Source: a bacterium
Lineage (GTDB): Bacteria; Bacillota; SLNR01; JBMNPB01
DNA: 64,000 bases
Assembly: GCA_050943375.1 (NCBI GenBank)
Contig: JBMNPB010000003.1
Coordinates: 1,219-65,218 of the forward strand
Reading direction: 5' to 3'
Part shown: piece by piece, positions 31,498-40,999 of the stretch
How the letters are laid out: each line of letters starts with the position of its first letter
Numbering within the stretch: position 1 is the first letter of the stretch
Made by a program: the position numbers and the translations under genes
Notes under the pieces: model-generated
What the model saw: only the letters and a program-made list of their open reading frames with translations
What the model was told of the DNA's origin: nothing
The model's database searches: none

Positions 31498-32121
31498 CTA
31501 TATTTCCACTGATACAGGAAGCCCATATAGTTTATGTGAACAAACATTTTTTACTTCAATTGGTATTTCATAATTATATCTACCTCTCAAAGACATTCCT
31601 CCGTCAATTAAATCAGCCCAAGGTTCTTTTGAGCTATATATGTTTATCAATATAGCTGCTTCAATTCTTTCCCTTTTCCTGCTGTCGGCAACTTCACTGA
31701 TAAATAATCTATAACCAATCAGTTCTTTTTCAACCAGCTCTAATATAACATCTTTGTTTTCCCAAAATATATTTTGGTGTTCTTTTGCATACTGCCATCC
31801 ATGCCACATTTCTTTCCGTATTCCCTTTTTAGCCGATTCAACATCTAGCAAAGTGTAATTTCCATTCCTGAATTCACGTGTATGTTGAGTAAGTCTCCTC
31901 TTCATGGAGTTTGTTACACCAACTGATCGCAAAATATAACCATTTAAATACTCGAATGTAAAAAGATAAACCCCTGCAATGTCTGGGATGGATTTGGATT
32001 CATTAATCTGCTCGTATCCAATCCATGAAAATGGCCCTTGCCATATTAAATCTTCTGTTTTAATCATAGAGGCATCTCTTATCCTATTAAAACTCCAAAA
32101 TTGTGGCAGTGCATTTTTCAT
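31498..32121 (-). CDS. GIY-YIG nuclease-superfamily protein (orphan)
   Basis: 207 aa. AGVYLFTF..GYILRSVGVTNSMKRRLTQH..RERIEAAIL matches the GIY...YIG...R...E pattern. Very AT-rich and flanked by about 500-900 bp without ORFs on each side. Confidence 0.5.
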   Translation of the reverse strand: MKNALPQFWSFNRIRDASMIKTEDLIWQGPFSWIGYEQINESKSIPDIAGVYLFTFEYLNGYILRSVGVTNSMKRRLTQHTREFRNGNYTLLDVESAKKGIRKEMWHGWQYAKEHQNIFWENKDVILELVEKELIGYRLFISEVADSRKRERIEAAILINIYSSKEPWADLIDGGMSLRGRYNYEIPIEVKNVCSHKLYGLPVSVEI

Positions 32122-32629
32122 GTCTTTTCACATCCTTTTATGCATTATACAGATAATAAATATTTACATCTACTCTATCCACTCAACTACACTTCTTTTT
32201 CAATTCTGTTTTATCCTCAATATGTTTCCTCAAACGAAAAAGCACACTTTAGGTCGATTAGACAAGATTAATGTAATCCTAAAAACCCGGCATCTTCATG
32301 GCTTTCCGGACTTCACTTTTTGTTATCAATACCAAGCACTCCACATGTCCCGTCTGCGGAAATATATCCGCCGGCTGCTCATCCTTCGCCGCATACCCAG
32401 CTCGTCCTGAGCGGCCATTTCCCCGATCCCGGCTTTTATTGTTTTTCAGCAATTTAGCGATATAACCCAGAAGTTTGCAGCAATCTTCCCAGCTGCCAGA
32501 GCAAGCGGATATCCGGCACCGGAATAGCAGTTAATGTTCAGGTGCCGCACCACCGTTTATAACTGGACGCCCCCGAAAGCGGGAAAAAGCTGCCACCGGT
32601 TTGGTGCGCAGCTCTTCGCATTGTTCTGG

Positions 32630-33823
32630 TTATTGATCGGCATAATCGTCGAAATATCCCTGGATGAAAACTACGGGCGTACCTTTGTCGCCGCTGCCGC
32701 TGGTCAAATCACACAGGCTCCCAAGCAGATCGGTGAACTGCCTTGGGGTTGTTCCCTGGCTTACCATGGACCCCTGCAAAAGGGATTCTTTATTAGCGAT
32801 ATAATCGGCCATTGCGCGGTCAAGCGCATCCGCACTCAGGCCAGCAAGCTGATTATCCGCAATATATTTCAGTTTTACTTCATTCGGCAGGCCGATGAGT
32901 CCTTCGGTATATCCCGGGCATACAACCGGGTCGGCAAGCTCCCAAATCTTTCCCTGGGGGTCCTTGAAAGCCCCGTCGCCGTATACCAAGACCTCGATAT
33001 TTTTCCCGGTCGCCTCCTTGAGCGAAGCGGCCAATTGTCTGACGAAAACATCCGCGTCTCTCGGAAACAGCTTGACGGTTTCCTCCGTGGCTTTGTTCGA
33101 GCCCAGCAGGCCGTACTGTTCATTGTAGCCGCTGCCGTCCACACTCGCGGACAATATATCGTCCAGCCCCCACACCATTTTAGCGCCCGCGTTTCTGAGC
33201 AGCCGTTTGCTTCTGTGCCTGGAATGAATATCAGCACAGAGCACGCAGGGCGTGTATTTAAGAATGTCCGTGGCGTTGTTGGAAAAAATAATCTCCACGT
33301 CGCAATGCTCCGCCGTGATTAACTCCTTATAATATTCCACATAATCCACCTTTGTGAAAGGATGTTCATTCTTTCCGAACAGTTCCCGGTATCTCGCTTC
33401 GTCGAGCAATGTAGATAATGGATTGATATTTTTTTCGTCCAGCTGTTCCAGGCTGACCAAATGGTTGCCGACCTCGTCAGATGGATAACTGAGCATCAGA
33501 ACTATTTTCCGGGCGCCTCTGGCAATGCCCTTAAGAACAATGGAAAAGCGGTTGCGCGAAAGGATAGGGAAAATAAGCCCGACCGTTTCCTCGCCGAATT
33601 TACGCCGAATATCTTTCGCAATCTGATCGCAGCTGGCGTAATTGCCCTGCGCTCTGGCCACGACCGCTTCGGTTACCCCTACGATATCTCTGTCATGAAC
33701 AGTGATGTTCTCTTGGGCAAATGCACTTAATAGGCTGTCCGTTACTATTCGAACCAGATCATCCCCTTCCCGGATAATCGGAGTGCGAATCCCTCTTGCT
33801 ACAACACCGACAGTTCTTGACAT
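32630..33823 (-). CDS. coenzyme F420-0:L-glutamate ligase (CofE)-like family protein
   Basis: About 397 aa. N-terminal RTPIIREGDDLVRIV..DRDIVGVTEAVVARAQG and the GLLGSN / GDGAFKDP region resemble PF01996-type ligases. The ATG at 33823 follows GGAGG. Confidence 0.65.
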   Translation of the reverse strand: MSRTVGVVARGIRTPIIREGDDLVRIVTDSLLSAFAQENITVHDRDIVGVTEAVVARAQGNYASCDQIAKDIRRKFGEETVGLIFPILSRNRFSIVLKGIARGARKIVLMLSYPSDEVGNHLVSLEQLDEKNINPLSTLLDEARYRELFGKNEHPFTKVDYVEYYKELITAEHCDVEIIFSNNATDILKYTPCVLCADIHSRHRSKRLLRNAGAKMVWGLDDILSASVDGSGYNEQYGLLGSNKATEETVKLFPRDADVFVRQLAASLKEATGKNIEVLVYGDGAFKDPQGKIWELADPVVCPGYTEGLIGLPNEVKLKYIADNQLAGLSADALDRAMADYIANKESLLQGSMVSQGTTPRQFTDLLGSLCDLTSGSGDKGTPVVFIQGYFDDYADQ

Positions 33824-33997
33824 TAGACTTACCTCCATATATCAATAAAAACTTCCTGCTATTTAATTCTCCCACAAAAAGCGAAAACTGTAAAGAAGGA
33901 TAAGCAAAACCGTCAATATTGACAAGCCATGCGGAAAATTATTGAATGCCTTGTTTGTTGGGACGTTAAATTATATTGGGAAAGGCGATAATCGTAT

Positions 33998-34510
33998 TCA
34001 TCGCACATTTAGCCAATACCGCCTAATTGCTTTGTTGTTTTCATCCATTACTTCCTTTTCAAATTCACCGCCGCAACCTTCGATCGTTTTTGCCGAAGCA
34101 ATGTTGTCAGCGGCACAGATTATTAAGACCCGGTCTAATCTCAACTCTTTTAGGAGAGGGTAAATCATCTGCACCATAGTTTTGGCATAGCCATGCCCGC
34201 GCTTTGACGGCTTTATTCCATAGCCGATATGACCGCCGTAGTTTAGCAGATACTCATTCAGCGTGTGGCGGATGTTTATTGCACCGATAATTTCATCAGC
34301 ACAAGTTAAAAACAATGTAGTTGCCTTGACAAGGCCGGAGGGAGGATCGGTTTCCATCTTTATGGTTTCTTCCGCATATTCTTTGTAGCCTTTACCATTT
34401 AGACGGGCCGAAAAAGGAATGATCGCCTCACCGTTATCGGTCCATTCCTGTACAAAACTTAAATAAGCCTGTTCCATATCTAAGGTGATTTTCTTCAATT
34501 CGAGCGTCAT
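33998..34510 (-). CDS. GNAT family N-acetyltransferase
   Basis: 170 aa. IGYGIKPSKRGHGYAKTMV acetyl-CoA-binding motif. The start overlaps (ATGA) the original stop of the upstream pseudogene. Confidence 0.85.
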   Translation of the reverse strand: MTLELKKITLDMEQAYLSFVQEWTDNGEAIIPFSARLNGKGYKEYAEETIKMETDPPSGLVKATTLFLTCADEIIGAINIRHTLNEYLLNYGGHIGYGIKPSKRGHGYAKTMVQMIYPLLKELRLDRVLIICAADNIASAKTIEGCGGEFEKEVMDENNKAIRRYWLNVR

Positions 34511-35477
34511 ATTTTCACATCCTCGATAAGCTGCAGCCTGTCAACCCCAAGGCCGCTGACTAAACATCTTTCTTTTTTATTGCCAAGCAATTTTTGTGTC
34601 CAGTCAGTAAAGCCACCATCGCCTATTTCAATGGTTTCGGTTTTGGTGCGCAGATATATTTTGAAATTTATACCTTGTTTATACCTTGATAGTAATTATT
34701 GTTTATACCTTGATAGTAATTATTCCGCATATCGCTATCATCTGTTCTGACAGGAACATCAGGAAGTTGTTGCTGCATTAAGTGAAGCATTTTTGCAAAA
34801 AAACCGTCCGCACCCGTGTATCCGCCGCGTTTTCGCAATACAACCGCCATATCTGCCTCATAACCTGCTTTGAAAAACTCGCGGTAAAATGACAGCTGCT
34901 TTGTAAGCAAACCCATTTCGCAAGAATAAGAACCGGTGTCCTTTCCCGAGGAAACGATGCAAAATATGCCAAAGTGGGCAAATGATCTTGCCCCCTTAAA
35001 GACTTGCGCTCTGGTCAATCTATCAATTGAACAGACATGTATACTATTTTTATTGCCAATTTCACCGCTACTTATTTTGTCTGCCAAATAGATCGCAAGC
35101 ATATTGCTGGTGTCTGACAAAACCTCGCAGCCTCTTGTTGCCGACACTACATAGTTTTGATCGACACAGCCAAAGACGGAGCAGCTTCCAAGCGGGGCAA
35201 CAGGTGAAAGCAACACCGGCTCTATGCCATTCTCCTTGGCTTTGCGTGTTATATCAACTGCAAGCTGATACAATCTTGCAGGATCAATCAGACTGGGAGC
35301 GGCGAAGCGATTTGACCGATAGTTTTTAAGTATATCCGTAGGTGTAAGTTTGTTTGTCCGTGCTTGGCTGATCTCAAGTAACAATGAATTAAGATCAGAT
35401 TGGGATAAGCCAGCCAACTACTCAAGGAGTTCCGGGTTTCCTGTTTTATCCAAAATGCGTTTTATTATTTTATTCAT
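34507..35477 (-). pseudogene. stand-alone class II aminoacyl-tRNA-synthetase-like (HisRS/HisZ-like catalytic core) gene, disrupted
   Basis: The ATG at 35477 (GGAGG RBS) gives MNKIIKRILDKTGNPELLE-TAG-LAGLSQ... Motif-2-like DRLTRAQVFKGARSFAHFGIF. A 35-nt tandem duplication shifts the frame before the motif-3-like IEIGDGGFTDWTQKLLG..SGLGVDRL tail, which ends at 34507. Confidence 0.5.
34666..34724. repeat. tandem duplication (2 x 24 nt plus an 11-nt partial copy)
   Basis: GTTTATACCTTGATAGTAATTATT at 34677-34700 and 34701-34724, preceded by the partial TTTATACCTTG. Translated as NNYYQGI NNNYYQGI. Confidence 0.85.
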
Positions 35478-35835
35478 TACATACCTCCGAATAAAGCTGC
35501 TCTAATCCAGCCGCTTATACCCGAATTATCCTACATCCAACCTGCTCCGTCAACCTCAGGAATTTAAAATTCGCATCTATAGACTCCCCGGGTTATTAAA
35601 GCTAACCCGTTCTATCAAGCCAAAACGGAGTATTGGGCTTATATTCGCGAATCGAAAGAGGCAATATTTTCGTAGTTCGGGCAGGCCCGCAAACTTACTT
35701 ATCAGGCTTATTTTAGAGCTTTTTACATACTCTTCACCCTTGATATTATAATAGGCACTCAACACATGTCTTCTTTAGGAACTTATCGAGAATATTTCAT
35801 TGACAACCGGCAAAATCCCAACCAGCCGTACTAAG

Positions 35836-35883
35836 AATACAAAACCCCCGCAGAAAAGCAGAATTGCTTGCTTTCCTGCGGAG
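35836..35883 (-). terminator. intrinsic terminator of the SLH/GLUG gene
   Basis: The minus strand reads CCGCAGGAAAGCA-agcaattc-TGCTTTTCTGCGG followed by GGGTTTTGTATT. Confidence 0.7.
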
Positions 35884-35980
35884 GTTGTTTGGTATGATCC
35901 CGGGCACGCTATCGGTTCTCAAGATTCAAGCGATGCACTTGAACTTCCACCTACGCAATTTTACTGAGCAAGTTATGGCT

Positions 35981-38900
35981 TTAAGTCTCATAAGGATACG
36001 GAATATTTTCATTCCCTTGCCATTGCAGGTAAGGATAAGAAGCAGGAGCTGTTTCTATTGCCCAGATGGTACCAAAATCCCAACCCGAGTAGGTAGTTTG
36101 AACTGTCATTTCTGCGGTGGTTTTGCCTGTTCCGCCCGCAGAAGTCTCCAGACCTGAATTATCCTTATCCCAGTAGCTATTGGTGACAGTAGCACCTGAT
36201 TGAACTCCCCCAACCAGACCGCCGGTCCCCATAACTGTACCTGTCGCGTAGCTGTTGGTAATAGTAGGGCCAAAGAAACTTCTCCCAACCAGGCCGCCAA
36301 TATTGCCGCTGGTTCCCGTAACTGTGCCTGTCGCATAGCTGTTGGTAATCTGGGCTTCGCCTCCGCTATTTTCTCCAACCAGGCCGCCGACATAAGCATT
36401 TCCTGTTACGTTCCCTGTTGCAAAACATTCGTTTATTGTGCTTCTATAATTTTGCCCTATCAGACCACCTGTTCGGTTTCCCCCGCCCGTCACAGTGCTG
36501 GTTGAATGACTTTTATTTACGTATGCGTAAGAGGAATTTCCTCCGATCAAGCCGCCGACAAAATCGCTGGCGGTTGCCGATACGGAGCCGGCTGAATAAC
36601 AACCCGTCACTTGCCCACTATAGTTTCGATTATTATCATTATACCCGATCAGGCCACCGACATAAGTCCCTCCAGTTGCATCAGATATTGTCGAGCCCGT
36701 TACCGTACTGTCAGTTACTGTGCCTGAATAATTAAATCCTACCAAACCGCCAACATAAGCTGACCCGCTAACAATGGCTTCAGATAATGAAACATTGTGA
36801 ATAACTCCTTCATTTTGCCCGAAAAGACCTATCATATTTGACGAACGTGCGATCTTCAGGTTACTGATTGTCTTACCGTTACCATTGAAGTTACCTTTAA
36901 AAGGCGAAGTAGAATTTCCAATAGGCTCCCAACCATTGTCTTCGTTATAGCCCGCTCCGTCAACTGAGAGATAGTCTGTTAAATCTATATCATCTGTTTG
37001 CTCAAAATAGGCACTAAGGTGATTTCTTACATTGTTCAAATGCTCGGCAGTTGCTAACTGATAAGGATTCCCAGATGTTCCGTCACCACCGGCAAATTCC
37101 GAAGGAGTTACTGTTACAACGCATTGGGCAGTAAAACTACCATGTACAGTGGTAACAGTAATAGTTGCATTCCCTGCTGCCTCTGCTGTTACTTTACCGG
37201 TTGAGTCTACTGTTGCTACAGACTCAGCATTTGAAGTCCATGTGACATTTTGGTTTGTTGCATCAACAGGCTCTATTGTGGCTGTTAAAGTTTCATTTTC
37301 TCCGGCAACCAGCTCAAGTGATGATTTGTTTAAACTTACTCCGGTTACTGGTTTTGTTGTATCTGGAATATGTTCATATCCCTGCCATCTTAAGAATGGG
37401 TAGCCGCCATTTTCATCAGGGTTTATTCCCCAAACGGTATCAAAATCCCAATCTGTAAAGGTTGCTTGTTGCTTCATTTCTAAAGTAGTTTTCGGTATTC
37501 CTTTACCGGTATCACTTTGCCCGGAGGTATTGGTGTCATAATAGCTGTTACTGTAAGTACCACCTTCGTGCTGCCCAACTAGGCCACCTTTATCATCGGT
37601 TTCTCCATTTACTGAACCTATCGAATAGCTGTTAGTAATTTCGCTGTAATTTCTTCCAATTAGACCCCCAATATAATAACCGCTTCCAGAAACTGAGCCC
37701 GTTGCATAACAATTGGTGATTTCTGACATGGAATTGTTATCTCCAACCAAGCCTCCAACCATACAGACTCCTGTGACATTTCCCGTAGCAAAACATTTAT
37801 CTATCGTGGAATACCAACTATACCCTATTAAACCACCAGAATGATTGATTCCACCATTAACTGTGCTGGTTGAATAACTGCCACTAATTCTACTTTGACT
37901 TATCTGTCCAACCAACCCCCCTACAACACTACAGTCGTCATTGGCAATCGAGACAATTCCAGATGAGGAACAACCCATCACATTTCCGCTACCGCCAAAG
38001 TGAGAGCCTATTAACCCACCAATAGAATGGTATATTCCTTTTACAGATCCGGATACATTGCTGTCGCTTACTATACCGCTGTTCTCTCCTATGAGGCCAC
38101 CGACAAGCCAATACCCGTTAACATCAACTTCTAATAAAGAAACATTACTGATTGATCCTGTGTTCATTCCAAATAGACCGACATAATTCTGTTCAGGACG
38201 GGCTATCTTTAAATTGCTGATTGTCTTGCCAGCACCGTTATAGCTTCCAGTAAAGGGTGAATCATTGGTTCCTATTGGTTCCCAACCAGCTTCTTCATTA
38301 TAGCCACCACCGTCTACATCAAGATAGTCCGCCAAGTCTATATCCGCTGTCTGGATAAAGTATTTATCCAGATAATTTCTTAATTTATCCAATTGCTCGG
38401 CAGTTGCAACCTGATAAGGATTCCCCTCGCTGCCGTCTCCTCCGGCAAATTCTGAAGGAGTTGGCTTAAACACTATTTCCTTTTCCGCCACTGCCGAATT
38501 CGAATATCTCGCCTTAATTCCAATAGCTTTTATGGTAACCATTTCGCCTGCTGCATTTTCTGTATCTACATCAAATGGTACTGTGTATTTCGTTGAGCTT
38601 GCTGTCGGCGTCGACCCGTCAGTAGTGTAATAAATATCAGCTCCACCAGTCGCTGTTGTTAATGTAACTTTAATCACAGTATCATTATCCACACCACCTC
38701 TAACATCAATAACATCACCTGTATCAGCATCTTTTGTTGCAATATTAATAGCACTTACCCGCCGTTTACTACTGCTTCCAGCAGACGGTTCTGGTTCCGG
38801 AGACAGTGTGCCTGGACTGGTTACCGTCCCCGCCACTTCTTTGCCGCCGATAATCGCGGTAATCCCCGCAGCGATAACCACCTTTGCCGGCGACTGTTTC

Positions 38901-40141
38901 AGAGTGCATCCCGCGGCGTTGATTGCAGCCAAGGTGATTGCGCCGGTTCCTCTTACCGTTGTCCGGGCATTCAATGTCAAACTATCAAGCGCAGCGCCTT
39001 CGGCGACGTTTACTGTTGTCCCGGCCGCATTCTCTGTTATCTGCAGATTATTGATGACTGTGTCGCCGGTTATGGTTATTTCCACCGCCGTCTCGATGAT
39101 AACGCTCTCGAATTCACCTTCCAGATCTATCTGCCGGCCGCTTTCCTCCGTGGCAACATCGACGGTCACATTTTCAAAGCCGGCTCCGGTCAGGCCTTCT
39201 TCCTGCAGCTTTGCCCCAGTCTCCATGCTTATCTGACCGATCGCCGAGTCGCCTTGCGCTACGACGCAAACTCTGCCGCGACTGCCAGCTATGACTACTT
39301 CGCTCAGGGTGCAGCTGCGCACGACAACATTGTTTTCACCGCCGCGGATCAATGTTGCACCCTTTACCTGCACATTGTCGAGAGTGACATCGCCTGCGCC
39401 GACCCCGGCGGCCAGATGCAGTACCCCTTCGATTACCATGTTCCGCAGCATGACGCCTTCGGTATTGACAGTGACATTGCCGGCTATTGTCTCCGCGCCG
39501 GTTTCCGGCCCGTATGTGCCTGCTTTGCTGTACAGCGCGCCGGTGGTCCGGTCCAGCATGGTGACGGCTTCGGCCCGGGTTATAAAGTTTTTGATCTTTA
39601 ATGTCTTATCACCGTATCCGCCCATGTAGCCACCCGCAACTGCGGCGTTTACGACTCCTTTGCTCCATTTGTCAATGGTTGCGGCGTCTTGATATCCCTC
39701 TAATGCCGCATAGTCTTCCGTTACCTTGAGATGCATTACTCTCGCGATGATGGCGCAGACTTCTTCCCGGCTAATATTCGCCTCAGGGCGGAAGGCGTCG
39801 CCGCCATAGCCACCAATATAGCCGTGGGCTTTGGCCGCGGCGACTTCTCCCGCGTACCACGCTTTGGCCGGAACATCGGCGAAGTTTTCTTTTACATCAC
39901 CCGAATAACCGAAAACCCGATTGGTGAATGCAACAAATTCTGCCCGGGTAATGCTTTTGTCCGCGCCGTATGTTCCGACACCGTAGCCGGCAATCAAGCC
40001 TTTATCCGCCCAGCGGTTAATTGTTTCTTCCGCCCAGTGGCCTTTAATCTCAGGAATTTGGGCAAATGTGGCTCCCGGCAGCAAAACCGCCAAGATAAGC
40101 ATCCACACGACTGCCCGCGAGACCTTTTTTTGCAGAGTCAT
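35981..40141 (-). CDS. large cell-surface protein: signal peptide, 3 SLH domains, beta-helix-like region, chitobiase-C-like domain, GLUG-repeat module, Big_2 domain, second GLUG-repeat module
   Basis: 1386 aa. SLH repeats (GHWAEETINRWADKGLIAGYG.., FADVPAKAWYAGEV.., KWSKGVVNAAVAGGYMGGYG). GADIYYTTDGSTPT. Many GGLIG/GGLVG GLUG motifs in two ~300-400-aa modules. Big_2 region VTGVSLNKSSLELVAGENETLTATIEPVDATNQNVTWTS. Confidence 0.85.
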   Translation of the reverse strand: MTLQKKVSRAVVWMLILAVLLPGATFAQIPEIKGHWAEETINRWADKGLIAGYGVGTYGADKSITRAEFVAFTNRVFGYSGDVKENFADVPAKAWYAGEVAAAKAHGYIGGYGGDAFRPEANISREEVCAIIARVMHLKVTEDYAALEGYQDAATIDKWSKGVVNAAVAGGYMGGYGDKTLKIKNFITRAEAVTMLDRTTGALYSKAGTYGPETGAETIAGNVTVNTEGVMLRNMVIEGVLHLAAGVGAGDVTLDNVQVKGATLIRGGENNVVVRSCTLSEVVIAGSRGRVCVVAQGDSAIGQISMETGAKLQEEGLTGAGFENVTVDVATEESGRQIDLEGEFESVIIETAVEITITGDTVINNLQITENAAGTTVNVAEGAALDSLTLNARTTVRGTGAITLAAINAAGCTLKQSPAKVVIAAGITAIIGGKEVAGTVTSPGTLSPEPEPSAGSSSKRRVSAINIATKDADTGDVIDVRGGVDNDTVIKVTLTTATGGADIYYTTDGSTPTASSTKYTVPFDVDTENAAGEMVTIKAIGIKARYSNSAVAEKEIVFKPTPSEFAGGDGSEGNPYQVATAEQLDKLRNYLDKYFIQTADIDLADYLDVDGGGYNEEAGWEPIGTNDSPFTGSYNGAGKTISNLKIARPEQNYVGLFGMNTGSISNVSLLEVDVNGYWLVGGLIGENSGIVSDSNVSGSVKGIYHSIGGLIGSHFGGSGNVMGCSSSGIVSIANDDCSVVGGLVGQISQSRISGSYSTSTVNGGINHSGGLIGYSWYSTIDKCFATGNVTGVCMVGGLVGDNNSMSEITNCYATGSVSGSGYYIGGLIGRNYSEITNSYSIGSVNGETDDKGGLVGQHEGGTYSNSYYDTNTSGQSDTGKGIPKTTLEMKQQATFTDWDFDTVWGINPDENGGYPFLRWQGYEHIPDTTKPVTGVSLNKSSLELVAGENETLTATIEPVDATNQNVTWTSNAESVATVDSTGKVTAEAAGNATITVTTVHGSFTAQCVVTVTPSEFAGGDGTSGNPYQLATAEHLNNVRNHLSAYFEQTDDIDLTDYLSVDGAGYNEDNGWEPIGNSTSPFKGNFNGNGKTISNLKIARSSNMIGLFGQNEGVIHNVSLSEAIVSGSAYVGGLVGFNYSGTVTDSTVTGSTISDATGGTYVGGLIGYNDNNRNYSGQVTGCYSAGSVSATASDFVGGLIGGNSSYAYVNKSHSTSTVTGGGNRTGGLIGQNYRSTINECFATGNVTGNAYVGGLVGENSGGEAQITNSYATGTVTGTSGNIGGLVGRSFFGPTITNSYATGTVMGTGGLVGGVQSGATVTNSYWDKDNSGLETSAGGTGKTTAEMTVQTTYSGWDFGTIWAIETAPASYPYLQWQGNENIPYPYET

Positions 40142-40375
40142 CTACCAATAACCTCCCATGTTTTGTAATGCATTACCCGATAAAGCAACTGCGTTAGCTT
40201 ATCCACCGGCCATTATCAGACATCATCTCCTATGGGGCTGTCAAACAGTGGCTGCGGTTTAACTGATACTGTCGTAACAGTAAAGACTTGGCAATATTAC
40301 TAAAAAACAGATAGAGATGCTTGTTAGTTTTGCTCTCTTCCCTGTCTCCCCGTTACCAGCCTCTGATCAATGCTG

Positions 40376-40925
40376 TTACACCGGTTTCGCGCCGCAGCCT
40401 CTGCTGTACGTCCAGCACCGCCGTCTCATCGGCCATGCCGTGCAGCAGTTTCGCCCGCGTGGTTTTTCTCCGTCGCCGAAGGTCAGTTTGAGATGTGTCC
40501 GTTCAACCGCGGCTGCGCTCAGCCGGACGCCATACACCCCGGCGCAGCCCCATTTGAAAACTCTACTGCCCAGCAGGATCCCGAAGGCGGACACGACGAT
40601 TTCTTCCGCCGCCCCCATGCTTCCGCTGTCTGTTAAGGCAATGACGGCCGGACGCACCACGAGGATACGGTTGTCCCAGATGAGTCTTGCGTCAGCCAGC
40701 CGGCAGCTTTGCCTGGTCAGGCATATGAGCAGGGCGATACTTGCACCGCCAAAGGCGAAGGCTGTCTCCATCGCCGGCTGCACGGCAAACTACACTGTCA
40801 GCAAAACGCCGGCGGCAAAAAGCATGACACAAAAATCCCTTCGCTTTCAAATCTCTTTCATCCGCATCACATCTTCTCCGTACTCCAGTTTAGGAGAAAA
40901 GACGATGATAGTCATCAACCCATAG
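40376..40925 (-). pseudogene. hypothetical two-TM membrane protein gene with in-frame TGA and TAG
   Basis: The ATG at 40925 gives MTIIVFSPKLEYGEDVMRMKEI-TGA-KRRDFCVMLFAAGVLLTV-TAG-FAVQPAMETAFAFGGASIALLICL... Family not recognised. Confidence 0.3.
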
Positions 40926-40999
40926 TATGAAATGATAAAAAAAGCCCCTCATACTAAAGTATGAGAGGTGAATCTGCCAAGCGTAATCAGGTTTTCCGG

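Noticed and set aside
32300-32560. Possible hicA/hicB-like toxin-antitoxin remnant on the minus strand (..WEDCCKLLGYIAKLL.. / ..DIFPQTGHVECLVLITKSEVRKAMKM..)
   Set aside because: The similarity is only impressionistic, the frames are broken and there is no start/RBS. It cannot be supported without a profile search.
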